Shown: in pieces, positions 25,904 to 36,805 of the stretch
How the letters are laid out: each line of letters begins with the position of its first letter
How positions within the stretch are numbered: position 1 is the stretch's first letter
Assembly (NCBI GenBank): GCA_030599585.1
Contig: JAUVNS010000003.1
Span: 96,001-160,000 of the forward strand
Direction of reading: 5' to 3'
DNA: 64,000 nt
Source of the DNA: Promethearchaeota archaeon
GTDB taxonomy: Archaea; Asgardarchaeota; Lokiarchaeia; Sigyniarchaeales; SOKP01
The notes under the pieces: generated by a model
Told to the model about the DNA's origin: nothing
Database searches by the model: none
What the model saw: the letters and a program-made list of their open reading frames with translations, nothing else
Translations under genes and position numbers: made by a program

Positions 25904-27403
25904 ATGGTGCTAGAAAAATTAAAACCCGAAATTGTTTGGAATATATTTGAGCACATAATAGCTAAAACACCTAGACCTTCCCATCACGAAGAAATGATTC
26001 AAAATAAGATAAAGTCTTGGTTGACCGAACAGTCTCGAATAAACGATTTAGACTTCACTATCAATGAAGATTCCGTAGGAAATCTCTTAATTAAAAAATC
26101 CGCTACAAGAGGAATGGAATTAGCTCCATCTCTAATGCTTCAAGCACATGTGGACATGGTATGTGAAACAGATAGGGCAGATGGATTCGATTTTATGACT
26201 TCTGGAATCCCAATTAGAATTCAAGACAACAACGAATGGGTAGACGCTGATGGAACTTCACTAGGTGCTGACGACGGTATTGGCGTAGCATTAGCACTAG
26301 CCGCTTTAGTTGATCAATCAATAGAAGCCCACGGTCCAATTGAAGTCTTACTTACTGTAAATGAGGAAGATGGTTTTGATGGGGCTACTTTGTTAGATCC
26401 TGTAGCTCTTGATATACAAAGTAAATTGATGATTAATCTGGATGGCGGTCCTTTAGAGGAGATTGTAGTTGGTTCCGTTTGTGGACGAAGGGTGAGGTTT
26501 TCAAAGAAATTTAATTGGATTGACTTTAATGAAAGTGACGATTTAGAATTCTATAAAATTTCAGTTCAAGGATTATTAAGTGGGCACTCAGGAGGAGATA
26601 TACACTTACCACGAGCTAACGCTAACAAGTTAGTAAGTAGGATTTTGTCAAATATTTCACAAGAAATGAAACTTTTCGTAAGTAAATGGCAAGGTGGAAC
26701 GAAATCTAATGTAATCCCCTCTAAATCTTCAATAATACTAGGAACAGCCTCAAAAGATAACCAGAAATTTGAAGAATTAGTTAACGCGGAAATCTCATCA
26801 ATATTACAATATTACAAAAAAATTGAACCTAACCTCAAAATAAATTTCAAAAAAACTCTTTCAAGTAAGTATTTAACAGAGGAGGAATCCAAATTACTAA
26901 TTTCGACCATTAATATAATCCCTCATGGTGTCTTAAAAATATCCTCTATTTATGATAAATTTATAGAAAGTTCCAATAATCTTGCTATCATTAACACAGA
27001 AGTTGAAACCGAAGTAATCTGGCTTTATCCGCGAAGCATGATCAGAAGCGAATTGAACTCTTTTTGCGTCTCTATAAAACAACTAGGAGAGATGGGAGGT
27101 TGGAAGGTGTTTTTAAGGCCAGTTTTACCCGAATGGCTCCCAGATCTAGAATCTAAACTCTTAAGCTATGTAAAAACGGAATTTGAAGAAATATTGAAAA
27201 AACCCGTAAAAACTATAGTAATACATGGTGGTTTAGAAACTGGGATGCTTAGTACTAAAATAAGCGGGCTCCAGATGGTCTCCCTTGGTCCAACTGTAGA
27301 TGGTTTACATTCTCCGAGCGAAAAATTAAAAATTGCTGATGTTGGAGTGCTATATACATTAATTAAGAAACTAATCGAGAATATATTAAAATTAAATCAG
27401 TAG
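25904..27403 (+). CDS. pepD: Aminoacyl-histidine dipeptidase (M20C)
   Basis: PRPS, QAHVDMVCE, GTSLGADDGIG, NEEDG, GHSG.DIH..RANA, IHGGLETG, HSPSE. Confidence 0.92.
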   Translation: MVLEKLKPEIVWNIFEHIIAKTPRPSHHEEMIQNKIKSWLTEQSRINDLDFTINEDSVGNLLIKKSATRGMELAPSLMLQAHVDMVCETDRADGFDFMTSGIPIRIQDNNEWVDADGTSLGADDGIGVALALAALVDQSIEAHGPIEVLLTVNEEDGFDGATLLDPVALDIQSKLMINLDGGPLEEIVVGSVCGRRVRFSKKFNWIDFNESDDLEFYKISVQGLLSGHSGGDIHLPRANANKLVSRILSNISQEMKLFVSKWQGGTKSNVIPSKSSIILGTASKDNQKFEELVNAEISSILQYYKKIEPNLKINFKKTLSSKYLTEEESKLLISTINIIPHGVLKISSIYDKFIESSNNLAIINTEVETEVIWLYPRSMIRSELNSFCVSIKQLGEMGGWKVFLRPVLPEWLPDLESKLLSYVKTEFEEILKKPVKTIVIHGGLETGMLSTKISGLQMVSLGPTVDGLHSPSEKLKIADVGVLYTLIKKLIENILKLNQ

Positions 27404-27406
27404 TTA

Positions 27407-28486
27407 TTAATTCTCTCCTGGAAATACGGGTAATTTAACATCCAATATTCTACGTAGGAAAGGCCCAAAAATAAAACCTTTCACAATTTCCATTCTTTCC
27501 ACAGAAATATCTTTAATTAAAGGCATATTAATCGAGATATTGGTTTCCTTTAAAAATGTGACCTTTTGTCTCATATCTTCTTTGTATTCATTATAATTCT
27601 CGTAAGCGGAGATGATTACAGCTTTTAGTTTTGAATACACAAAAAATAAAGAATATTTTGAGTCTAAAAAGTCTATATCCTCTTCTTTTGGGATATTCTT
27701 TGCATTAAATTTAATAATGTAGATAATTAAGATATTTAAATTTAATTTTAAAAGGTTGGGCACTAAAAGTTTGTTTAACCACCCTTTATCAAAGAACTTT
27801 TTCTTCATTCTCGATATTGTATAGCGAGATAAACCTACCCAATCTCCTATGGTTTGCAAAGTAGCTCTAGGACTCTCAATAAGTGCTACGAAAACTTTTC
27901 TTTCTTTTTCATTCATTTGAAAGTTTTCACCTTGTATAAACCACTCTTTTTCAGCAATTTCTTTTAAATTTTGATTAATAGAAAAGCTACTCTCAAGTAA
28001 TCTCCAATAATCGAAAAATTTTCTGACTTTACTAGTACGTAAAGGGAAAGTAATGAGCTCAGGGTAATATTCATCAACTAGTCCTAATTTTCCTAATTTT
28101 TCAGTTCGCGATTCATTATAACTAATAAGATCTGTATAATTCTTATAGATACTAAAAGACACACCATAATCTCGTTCTTCGATAGATAAGAATATTTCTT
28201 CTGAAATTCCAATAGAATCTTGCAGTGCATTTTTACGTTTATCGTAGGGAAATAATGAGTTATACTGGGTAATAACGATGCACATTAGCTCGCATCCAAA
28301 TCGATTTAACATAGGTATATTTAAAGGGTAGAAATACTGCTCTTTCAGTAGCCGATTCCTAATTGTAGCGACAGTAGACTCACTTAACTTTAATAAAGCA
28401 GAAAGTTCTTTATTATTTACAGTAGGATACTTATTTAACCCATATAATACTAATTTCTGTTTATTAGTTAACGAGTTTGATTTCAT
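27407..28486 (-). CDS. Tandem Lrp/AsnC-like winged-helix transcription regulator
   Basis: Two repeats: ELSALLKLSESTVATIRNRL...IP...G and IGDWVGLSRYTISRMKKKF...VP. Confidence 0.75.
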   Translation of the reverse strand: MKSNSLTNKQKLVLYGLNKYPTVNNKELSALLKLSESTVATIRNRLLKEQYFYPLNIPMLNRFGCELMCIVITQYNSLFPYDKRKNALQDSIGISEEIFLSIEERDYGVSFSIYKNYTDLISYNESRTEKLGKLGLVDEYYPELITFPLRTSKVRKFFDYWRLLESSFSINQNLKEIAEKEWFIQGENFQMNEKERKVFVALIESPRATLQTIGDWVGLSRYTISRMKKKFFDKGWLNKLLVPNLLKLNLNILIIYIIKFNAKNIPKEEDIDFLDSKYSLFFVYSKLKAVIISAYENYNEYKEDMRQKVTFLKETNISINMPLIKDISVERMEIVKGFIFGPFLRRILDVKLPVFPGEN

Positions 28487-28625
28487 TAGATTCAGTTTAA
28501 ATTTATTTAAGACTTATTATGAAATGTTGTATTTTAATATTATTTTCTGAACAAAAATTCAAATTAATTTATAATAATTGTTTTAAAGATATTCTTATTT
28601 TTAATATATCACAACAATTTTAAAT

Positions 28626-30329
28626 TTACATATCACTCTTGATCGGTAAAATTAATCGCGATGGATAATTTCTGCCTTGGAACACTTTATTTTCAGCGAT
28701 TTTCATTTCAATACCTGTAGCTATCTCACTTTCAGTATTTAAATTTCTAGCGTGTATAGGAAATGCACTACTCATTATAGCAATTTGTATCCGATGACCA
28801 ATTTTAAATTCATTACACATCGAATCTAACTCAATCAAGTACTTATAGACTTTATTTGGTTCCAAGAATTCGGGTTTTTCTAATGAATTTCTATATCTAG
28901 CTCTAAGTACCCCTTTTCCAAAATCTCCTGTCCTAAGACTAATACACTTACCGTCTGGATGTACATCCGTCAAAGATATAAACCAATCAGTATCAAAACA
29001 CGAAGAACTAGCATAAAATTCAAGAATAGGATTTCCAGCTATTGTCATATTTCCTTCAAGAGGATCGGTCTTGTATACGAGAATATCCTCCCTTTTTAAT
29101 AAATCTTGATAATCTACTAAATCTTTAAAATCTTGTGAGTAAATATCCCAATCTGTAATGATAATGATGGGATTGGTCGGGTCATATAAATATTTATCAA
29201 AATTCTCTGTCTTAGGAATGTCTACAGTTAATTTTCCAGTACCATCTTTAGTGTTTGCAGTCCCTATGCTAGATAAATAATAGGATTGAAGGTTTGTGCT
29301 TTTTGGGGGCCAGAATGAATCTTCTTTTTTCCAAACATTTCTACCCATAATGAAATATTTAGATTTTTTCCACTTGCTTATCGCACTCCTATCTCCTTTG
29401 AGCGCGTAATCAAACCATGCAAGATGTAATTTTTTAATATTAATAATTGATTTAGTTGAAAAATCAATATCACCAATAGTCTGGTTTGGTGTTCTCGTTC
29501 CCGCATGTGTCCATGGACCAATAAGAATATATTGAGAATGTGCAGCAGGAGAGTGTTTAACCATTTGGTTATAAAAAAAAAGGGCTCCCAGTTGATCTCC
29601 ATCATACCACCCTGTAATGTGTAGAACGGGAAGGTTTATTTTTTTAAAATCCTCAATAGTAAAAATAACAGTTCTCCAATAATCGTCAATACTTGGATGT
29701 TTCAAAATTTCTTTCCAGTTCTTACTTAAACGACCAAGTCTCTCATCCATGGTCAATAAAGGTAAATGATAATAAACTTCTTTCCAATTCACTACCGACG
29801 AGATATTCCATTGAGCTGTTTTTCCCCCAACTAGATGGAGCCATGCGAGATACCATAATCCTGGGATTCCATTTACATATGGTGTTTCTTGCATAAAATT
29901 TCCGGCTGCAGCTGTAGGAACGATTGTTTTTAAATGTGGGGGTTTCTCTCTAGCAGCAGCCCATTGAACATAACCTTTATAAGATCCTCCCATCATCCCA
30001 ATTTTTCCGTTACACCACGGTTGAGAAGCTATCCATTCTATAGTGTCGAAACCGTCACACTCCTCATTCATGTATGGCTCCCATTCGCCTTCAGAATCAC
30101 ACCTTCCTCTAACATCTTGGACAACATAGGCATATTCGTGTAATGCAAAATATTTTGCCATGTCGATATGATATGGATATGTATTATCATAAGGGGTTCT
30201 TAGTAAAATTGTAGGGTATCCTGTTTCACTTATTCTCGAAGGCAAATAAATATCTAATGACAAATTAATCCCGTCTCTCATCGGAACTTGAATATCCCAT
30301 AATGTCCGTGGATAAAATCCTTTTTTCAT
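28626..30329 (-). CDS. CocE/NonD family hydrolase (peptidase S15)
   Basis: VPMRDG, RTPY, QDVRGR..SEG, GGSYKG nucleophile, GWYD, IGPWTH. Confidence 0.92.
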   Translation of the reverse strand: MKKGFYPRTLWDIQVPMRDGINLSLDIYLPSRISETGYPTILLRTPYDNTYPYHIDMAKYFALHEYAYVVQDVRGRCDSEGEWEPYMNEECDGFDTIEWIASQPWCNGKIGMMGGSYKGYVQWAAAREKPPHLKTIVPTAAAGNFMQETPYVNGIPGLWYLAWLHLVGGKTAQWNISSVVNWKEVYYHLPLLTMDERLGRLSKNWKEILKHPSIDDYWRTVIFTIEDFKKINLPVLHITGWYDGDQLGALFFYNQMVKHSPAAHSQYILIGPWTHAGTRTPNQTIGDIDFSTKSIINIKKLHLAWFDYALKGDRSAISKWKKSKYFIMGRNVWKKEDSFWPPKSTNLQSYYLSSIGTANTKDGTGKLTVDIPKTENFDKYLYDPTNPIIIITDWDIYSQDFKDLVDYQDLLKREDILVYKTDPLEGNMTIAGNPILEFYASSSCFDTDWFISLTDVHPDGKCISLRTGDFGKGVLRARYRNSLEKPEFLEPNKVYKYLIELDSMCNEFKIGHRIQIAIMSSAFPIHARNLNTESEIATGIEMKIAENKVFQGRNYPSRLILPIKSDM

Positions 30330-30379
30330 TTTATATCTTTCCTGTTTTAAGTATAAAAATTGTGGTAATTATTTCACAA

Positions 30380-31492
30380 TTAAATTTTCCACTTTCCGGA
30401 TTCATAGATTAATGTTTCATCTGCATATATTTTAGATCCGTGTGTTTTCATATCTTTAAGTAAATCCCAGTGAATAGCAGATTCAGATTTACTACCAGTT
30501 GTCTTGTATCCATTACCCAGAGCTATATGTATCGTCCCTCCAATTTTTTCGTCAAAAAGCATGTTTTTTGTGAATTTACTGATGTTGTAATTTGTTCCTA
30601 TAGCAAATTCCCCTATTCCGTCCGCACCGTCAATATTAATAATCTCTTTTAATAATTCATACCCTTTTTTAGCACTGAAATTCATAATCTTTCCGTTTTT
30701 AAATTCAAGATATATATCCTCGATTTCTTTTCCTTGGTAAATACCAGGATAAGTTAATCTAATATAACCATTAATAGAATCTTCAATTGGACCTGTGTAG
30801 ATTTCACCATCTGGTAAATTCAAACTGGTTCCATAACAATTAATCCATTTTCTTCCCTTCACTGAAAATGTTAAACGAGTATCAAGACCAATTATTTCAA
30901 ATTTATCAGTTCTTTCTAAATAGTTAATATACTTTTGCTGTGTCTTTCCTAACGATCTCCAACTTTGTATTGGATCTTCTTTATTTAAGTAAAGAGCTTT
31001 CTCTAAGAATATCTTATACTCCATAAAGCTCATTCCAGCTTCCTTAGCATAGATTTCATGAGGATAAGGAATCAATACAAAATCGATTTCTCCTTTCGCT
31101 CTTTTTTCTTCAAAAAACACTTTAAGGTTCTTAACTTGATCATTACCGTTAAATCGGGCTATTTTTTCTGAATCAACACTCCCAAATTTAGTAGAATAAT
31201 AGTCATCTGATTGAATATATATAAGTTTATTATAATCTTCTACATAAAATCTTCTAATAGGATCTCCAAATTCTAATTGATCAAATGACGCATATTCATA
31301 CATAAGCTCCTTTAATCGACCTAAGTCGACAATCACTTGAGGATGAGCCCCTCTTTTTATAACTTCGATATAAAGAGCGTAGATAAGATCTTTGGCGAAT
31401 TCAGGCCCCCTAATAATAACCATATCATTTTTTTTTACATTAACAGAAAAGCCTACCGCTATTTCAGCCAATTTCTTGTTAAACTTCTCCAT
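30380..31492 (-). CDS. Aminopeptidase, M29 (AmpS/AmpT) family
   Basis: NLPDGEIYTGP, GEFAIGTN, FDEKIGGTIHIALG, IHWD. Confidence 0.93.
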   Translation of the reverse strand: MEKFNKKLAEIAVGFSVNVKKNDMVIIRGPEFAKDLIYALYIEVIKRGAHPQVIVDLGRLKELMYEYASFDQLEFGDPIRRFYVEDYNKLIYIQSDDYYSTKFGSVDSEKIARFNGNDQVKNLKVFFEEKRAKGEIDFVLIPYPHEIYAKEAGMSFMEYKIFLEKALYLNKEDPIQSWRSLGKTQQKYINYLERTDKFEIIGLDTRLTFSVKGRKWINCYGTSLNLPDGEIYTGPIEDSINGYIRLTYPGIYQGKEIEDIYLEFKNGKIMNFSAKKGYELLKEIINIDGADGIGEFAIGTNYNISKFTKNMLFDEKIGGTIHIALGNGYKTTGSKSESAIHWDLLKDMKTHGSKIYADETLIYESGKWKI

Positions 31493-31538
31493 GTTAAACT
31501 CACATAGTCAAAATAAAATTATAATAAAAAAAAAAGTT

Positions 31539-32942
31539 TTAAAAATTAAGTTCCTCTAATTTTTTCTTTTGCAAATCTGATTTTTCTTTAGTAATATTCC
31601 AAAGTTTGATAAACACGAAAGCTCCAAGATACAATGCTACAATTGGTACTAAAGAGATTTGGACGCGAAGGCCCCATATGGCTATTAGACTCTGCGTTGG
31701 AGCTCCAGGATCGAAATCTGTGAAGACATCATGAATCAAAAATATCGTAAGATATTGAATAATCGTTCCCACTCTCGTGATGAATACAACAATCGCATTA
31801 TAGGTCCCATCGACACGTTTGCCTTTTGCTATAGATCCTTCATCAATGAAATCACCCCTGATAGCACCTCCTGCAACACCAATTAAACTAGGAAACACTC
31901 CAATAAAAATCGCAGTAACCAATACAAACATTAGATCTGAAGCAAATAGCAATGGTACCAGGCTTAACGGCATTAGCAGAATTCCTATTTTAAACAATTT
32001 TATATGACCATATTTGTTTGTGAGCCAAAAGAATAAAGGCAATGGCAGAAGTCCCGCTAAGACATAAGGTATTGCTATAAATGATGCTATTCCCGCTTCC
32101 ATATTCAACACAAATTGAACGTAGAATAACATAGAAGGTAGGAATAATGAAACAAAAACAGCATTACCAATAGAAAAGGCAATGTATCCAATAAAATTCT
32201 TACTTTTAAATCCAATTTTCATAGATTTAAAAAAGTCTTTAAAAAAAGGTTCTTCGTTTTGAGATTTTTGAGTGTTTATAGCGCGGTCAATCATCTTTCT
32301 ACTCTCTCTCACTCCCGGAATTGATAAAAGAATGAAAATTAAAGCAATTATACAGAAAATAATTGTTCCAGTTAAATAAGAACTTGGGTTTCCAAAGACT
32401 ATAAACATTGGCAAAACTAAAGCAGCAATAGCTCCTCCAAGAGTTGCAAATACAGCTGAATATGTGGCAACTGATGTCCGGTTTTTATCTGAGCGAAATT
32501 TATCAGACGCTAAAGCGTAATATGAAACAGTCCAGAAAGAGTTTAAACCATCAAACACTAATAAAGCAATTAAAAACCATAAGAATATACCTATAGTCCC
32601 TACTATATTTATATCGGGTGGAGCAAACAAAAAAGGTAAAGCAAAACAGATTGGAATCGATGAGATTATAATCCACGGAAATCTTTTTCCCCATCTCTTT
32701 GTAAATCGCGTTATTCTGTCAGTAACACTGCCAGCAATTAAATCGTTAAAAGCATCCCAAAGAGTATATATGGTAATAGCGATTAACATGAAAATAACTG
32801 GAAGCCCAATCTCAACTTCATAGAATATTGGAAGTTGTATGAAAAGAATATTTTGCAACAATATAATAGCAAAACTGGTTAGAGAAAAAGATACAATTAT
32901 TTTGCCAGAATAACTCCTCTCGTTTTTTTCTTCTTCACTCAT
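31539..32942 (-). CDS. MFS transporter, GPH/MelB-like family
   Basis: WDAFND...DR...RWGKRFPW, about 12 TM helices, GKRVDG.Y. Confidence 0.9.
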   Translation of the reverse strand: MSEEEKNERSYSGKIIVSFSLTSFAIILLQNILFIQLPIFYEVEIGLPVIFMLIAITIYTLWDAFNDLIAGSVTDRITRFTKRWGKRFPWIIISSIPICFALPFLFAPPDINIVGTIGIFLWFLIALLVFDGLNSFWTVSYYALASDKFRSDKNRTSVATYSAVFATLGGAIAALVLPMFIVFGNPSSYLTGTIIFCIIALIFILLSIPGVRESRKMIDRAINTQKSQNEEPFFKDFFKSMKIGFKSKNFIGYIAFSIGNAVFVSLFLPSMLFYVQFVLNMEAGIASFIAIPYVLAGLLPLPLFFWLTNKYGHIKLFKIGILLMPLSLVPLLFASDLMFVLVTAIFIGVFPSLIGVAGGAIRGDFIDEGSIAKGKRVDGTYNAIVVFITRVGTIIQYLTIFLIHDVFTDFDPGAPTQSLIAIWGLRVQISLVPIVALYLGAFVFIKLWNITKEKSDLQKKKLEELNF

Positions 32943-33236
32943 TAAAATTCAACTCGTTAATTTCTTTAAGTTTTTTTATTTTTGATTAAATTTTTTTTCA
33001 AAATTTCTATAATGAAAAATTTATTATTAAAAAAATATTCAAGTTAATATTTAACATTTTCTTAATTTTCATATGCAGAACCCATTGTTATGTGCGAAAT
33101 CAATTATAAAATTGAACAAAAAAACAAATCATAGGCATAATTTTATAAATTATAAAAAAACAAATAATCATAATATTTTATTATTTTTTTATGAGTTAGT
33201 TTGTCGAAATTAATTTAAGTTTTTCAATCATCGTTT

Positions 33237-34430
33237 ATGAATGTCATTAATGTTATTAAAAGCGTAAATAAAGAACTATTATATGAGCATATTCTTAGAT
33301 TGGAAGGCACGAAAAATCCAATAGAAACCCCAGATAAATTAGATGAAGCAGCAGATTATATTTTAAACAAATTTAAAGAATACGGGTTACTAATTACTGA
33401 GCATCATTTTAAAATAGAAGGCTCTGATAGAATATTTAGAAATATTGAAGGTTTTATCGGAAATGAAGATTGCTCCGAATTTCTAATCAATTCTCACTAT
33501 GATACTGTTATAAATAGTCCTGGGGCAAATGATAATGGCACGGGAATAGCTGTAATGTTAGAAGCTGCAAGAATTATAACAAAAGAACGTAAGGATAAAA
33601 ATATACGATTTATCTGTTTTTCTTTAGAAGAATCTAATCCTGTAATTGAATTAAAACGTCTCAAAATTGCACAAAAATACCAATTAATAGATAAAAAATA
33701 TAGACCAGTATCGTTAAGAGCTGCCAATTTAATTAAAAGACATCGTACAATATATCGCAATCTTATGGATAAAGGATTAATTTTACCCGACGCTTTAAAG
33801 GAAGCATTGAATGCACTCAAAAGCGAATTAAAGCCTAATGAATTTAATTACTTCCGAGATCTTATCAATATCTACGATATCGTCGATTCTTTTACTGCTA
33901 TGGGAAAAACGGGATCAATGGGAAGTAGTGCTTGGGTTGCTACAAATTTCAAATCTATCAAAAAAATTAATGCCTTAATTAATTTAGATTCAGTAGGGTA
34001 CACTTCAAATCAAAAAAATTCACAACAAATGCCTTATGGTTTAAAATTTAAATCATTTCCTAATTATAAAATCAATGAAAAGGACTCTATAGGGGATTTT
34101 TTAGCAGTAATCGGAGATAATAATTCAAAGAACCTCGCTAATGCATTCTGTAGTCAATGTAGGCTTCCTTCTATCGATTTAAGCTATGTAAACATTCAAC
34201 CAGCTCTGAGTTTTGATCAAATAGCAAAAAACCTTAATATGTTATTGTGGGCCGACCATGCTCCGTTTTGGAAAAATAATGTCCCCGCAATTTTTTTAAC
34301 TGATACTGGAGATCTTCGAACTCCTTACGAGCATACTCCCGCAGATACTATAGATACACTAAATTTTGATTTTTTAGAGAAGGTTACTAAAGCCACGATA
34401 ACTACTATCACCGATATTATAGAAAAATAA
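33237..34430 (+). CDS. M28 family metallopeptidase with helical insertion
   Basis: SHYDT, PGANDNGTG, SLEE, NLDSVG, DHAPFW, HTPADT. Confidence 0.9.
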   Translation: MNVINVIKSVNKELLYEHILRLEGTKNPIETPDKLDEAADYILNKFKEYGLLITEHHFKIEGSDRIFRNIEGFIGNEDCSEFLINSHYDTVINSPGANDNGTGIAVMLEAARIITKERKDKNIRFICFSLEESNPVIELKRLKIAQKYQLIDKKYRPVSLRAANLIKRHRTIYRNLMDKGLILPDALKEALNALKSELKPNEFNYFRDLINIYDIVDSFTAMGKTGSMGSSAWVATNFKSIKKINALINLDSVGYTSNQKNSQQMPYGLKFKSFPNYKINEKDSIGDFLAVIGDNNSKNLANAFCSQCRLPSIDLSYVNIQPALSFDQIAKNLNMLLWADHAPFWKNNVPAIFLTDTGDLRTPYEHTPADTIDTLNFDFLEKVTKATITTITDIIEK

Positions 34431-34449
34431 AAGATTATTAAAAATAAAA

Positions 34450-36789
34450 TTGGTTAGTGAAAATAATATGAAAGCAATGTCGAATAAAGTTTATGAACGG
34501 GCTGAAAAATTCATTCCATGGAATATTTTTCGTTATATTTATAATAACGAAGCATTTCCATATTGGATTGGAGATCTTGATAGCTTTTGGTATTTAAAAT
34601 GTTCTCGAGATGGGAATAAATTCATCTTTGTAGATGCTAAGCAAAATACAGTTAAACCAGCATTTGATCACGCTAAACTTGCAGAAAACTTATCTAAAGT
34701 GACACATAAAGCTATAGAACCAAATGAAATACCATTTAGAAGCATTGAATACTCTAACGATTTTAAATCAATTAAATTTGATGCTTTTTATACAAAGTGG
34801 ATTTGTGACTTAGATTCTTATAAATGCATAAAGGAAAAACGAGGTAGCTTCATCTCTAAGAATGCGATTATATCACCAAATAAAAATTATGTTGTTTTTA
34901 AGAAGGGTCACAATATCTTTATACGTACCTTAACTGATCGGACGAAATATGCATTAACCGATGATGGAAAACCAAACTACGAATATGGAAGCTCCACAGA
35001 ATGGAATGGTGCTGAAGTATCAGATCGAATAATGGGGCTCAGTAACCCTCCGATTGCGATGTGGTCACCTGACTCAAAAAAAATAATCGTTCATAAGCTC
35101 GATCAAAGAGATGTAAAAGATTTCTACCTACTTCAATCAATACCAAATGATGGGAGTTCACGACCTAAACTTTACTCTTACAAATATCCGTTACCAGGTG
35201 ATAAACACACAGGTACGGCTGAACTAGTCATCTTAGATGTAGAGAATAAAAAAAAGATAGTTGCAGATTATGGGGCTGTATCAGTTCACCTTCGCACTCC
35301 TATTGAAGAAGATCACGTTTGGTGGAGTGAAGATAGTAAATATGTATATTTCATTGACCTTGAATGTGGTTATAAAAAAATGAAGTTATGTGAAGTGGAT
35401 GCGAATACAGGATCTACTCGAGTAATTATTGAAGAAGAGAGCTCGACATTTATTAGTCCTGTCATTATGCTACAGGCAGATCGCAAACCCAACATAAAAA
35501 TCGTGAATGAAGGTAACGAGTTAATTTGGTTCTCAGAAAGAGATGGATGGGCACACCTTTATCTTTACGATGCGAAAACCGGAATTTTAAAAAACCAAAT
35601 TACTTCAGGCGAATGGGTTGTACAAAATATAAAGCACATAGATGAAAAAAAGCGTAGGATCTTCTTTACTGCTGGAGGTAAAGAAGTAGACAGTGATCCA
35701 TATCTAAGTAAACTTTATTGTATTAATTTTGATGGCAAAAATATGAAATTGCTTACTCCAGAAGATGCTAACCATTTCATTAAATTTTCAGGTACAGGTA
35801 ATTATTTTGTTGATGTTTACTCAAAAATTAATACAACTCCAAAGATGGTGCTTCGCGACGCTGATGGACAATTAATTTGTGAAGTAGATGAAGCCAATAT
35901 TGAAGAACTTCTTAATAGGGGGTGGATATTGCCTGAACCCGTTAAAATTAAAGCCCGAGATGGAAAAACGGATATATATGGTAGCATCTTTAGACCAACA
36001 AACTTTAACCCAGCATTAAAATATCCTGTTATTAATGTGGTTTATCCTAACCCTTATGTTATTTTTACATCTAAATCATTACCTTCACATTTCGACCCAA
36101 GTGGAATGTTACTTTATTGGGAATTGCAAGCTCTTGCCGAAGTAGGATTTATCGTAATTACAATTGATGGTTTTGGAACACCATTAAGATCAAAAAGATT
36201 TCATGATTATTCATATGGTAATCTTGGAGATTGTGGCTTAGAAGATAATATTTCTGCTATTAAACAGTTGGCAAATCAATATTCTTATATCGACTTGGAA
36301 CGAATAGGAATATACGGGCATTCTGGGGGAGGGTATGCCTCCGCTAGAGCTATACTTAAATACCCTGATTTTTATAAAGTAGCAGTGGCCTCTGCTGGAA
36401 ACCACGATCAACTAAGTTACATGGCAGATTGGGGTGAACACTTTCAAGGTATGCTGGAAGGAGATAATTACAAGAATCAGGCTAATTCTGAGTTAGCTAA
36501 AAATTTGAAAGGAAAATTACTGCTTGTGTATGGTGAATTAGATGACAATGTCCATCCTTGTATGACAATCCAGTTAATAAACGCTTTAACTAAAGCCAAT
36601 AAAGATTATGACCTTGTAATTCTACCAAATCGAAATCATACTTTAGTTATTGACCCTTATTTTATTCGAAAAAGATGGGATTATTTCGTGCAACACTTAT
36701 TAAACCAAGTTCCACCCTCAGAATACGAAGTAAAAGGAATTGATCCTGAACTCTTAACTCGATTAATGTATTACACCGTAATTAAATAA
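34450..36789 (+). CDS. Dipeptidyl peptidase IV-like S9B peptidase
   Basis: Beta-propeller (WSPDS, SERDGWAHLY), GHSGGG nucleophile, DDNVH, NH; no signal peptide. Confidence 0.93.
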   Translation: MVSENNMKAMSNKVYERAEKFIPWNIFRYIYNNEAFPYWIGDLDSFWYLKCSRDGNKFIFVDAKQNTVKPAFDHAKLAENLSKVTHKAIEPNEIPFRSIEYSNDFKSIKFDAFYTKWICDLDSYKCIKEKRGSFISKNAIISPNKNYVVFKKGHNIFIRTLTDRTKYALTDDGKPNYEYGSSTEWNGAEVSDRIMGLSNPPIAMWSPDSKKIIVHKLDQRDVKDFYLLQSIPNDGSSRPKLYSYKYPLPGDKHTGTAELVILDVENKKKIVADYGAVSVHLRTPIEEDHVWWSEDSKYVYFIDLECGYKKMKLCEVDANTGSTRVIIEEESSTFISPVIMLQADRKPNIKIVNEGNELIWFSERDGWAHLYLYDAKTGILKNQITSGEWVVQNIKHIDEKKRRIFFTAGGKEVDSDPYLSKLYCINFDGKNMKLLTPEDANHFIKFSGTGNYFVDVYSKINTTPKMVLRDADGQLICEVDEANIEELLNRGWILPEPVKIKARDGKTDIYGSIFRPTNFNPALKYPVINVVYPNPYVIFTSKSLPSHFDPSGMLLYWELQALAEVGFIVITIDGFGTPLRSKRFHDYSYGNLGDCGLEDNISAIKQLANQYSYIDLERIGIYGHSGGGYASARAILKYPDFYKVAVASAGNHDQLSYMADWGEHFQGMLEGDNYKNQANSELAKNLKGKLLLVYGELDDNVHPCMTIQLINALTKANKDYDLVILPNRNHTLVIDPYFIRKRWDYFVQHLLNQVPPSEYEVKGIDPELLTRLMYYTVIK

Positions 36790-36805
36790 ATTAATAAGAA
36801 TAAAA

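Noticed and set aside
33633-33905. Intein in the M28 peptidase
   Set aside because: No C-terminal His-Asn followed by Cys/Ser/Thr, and the sequence looks helical rather than HINT-like.
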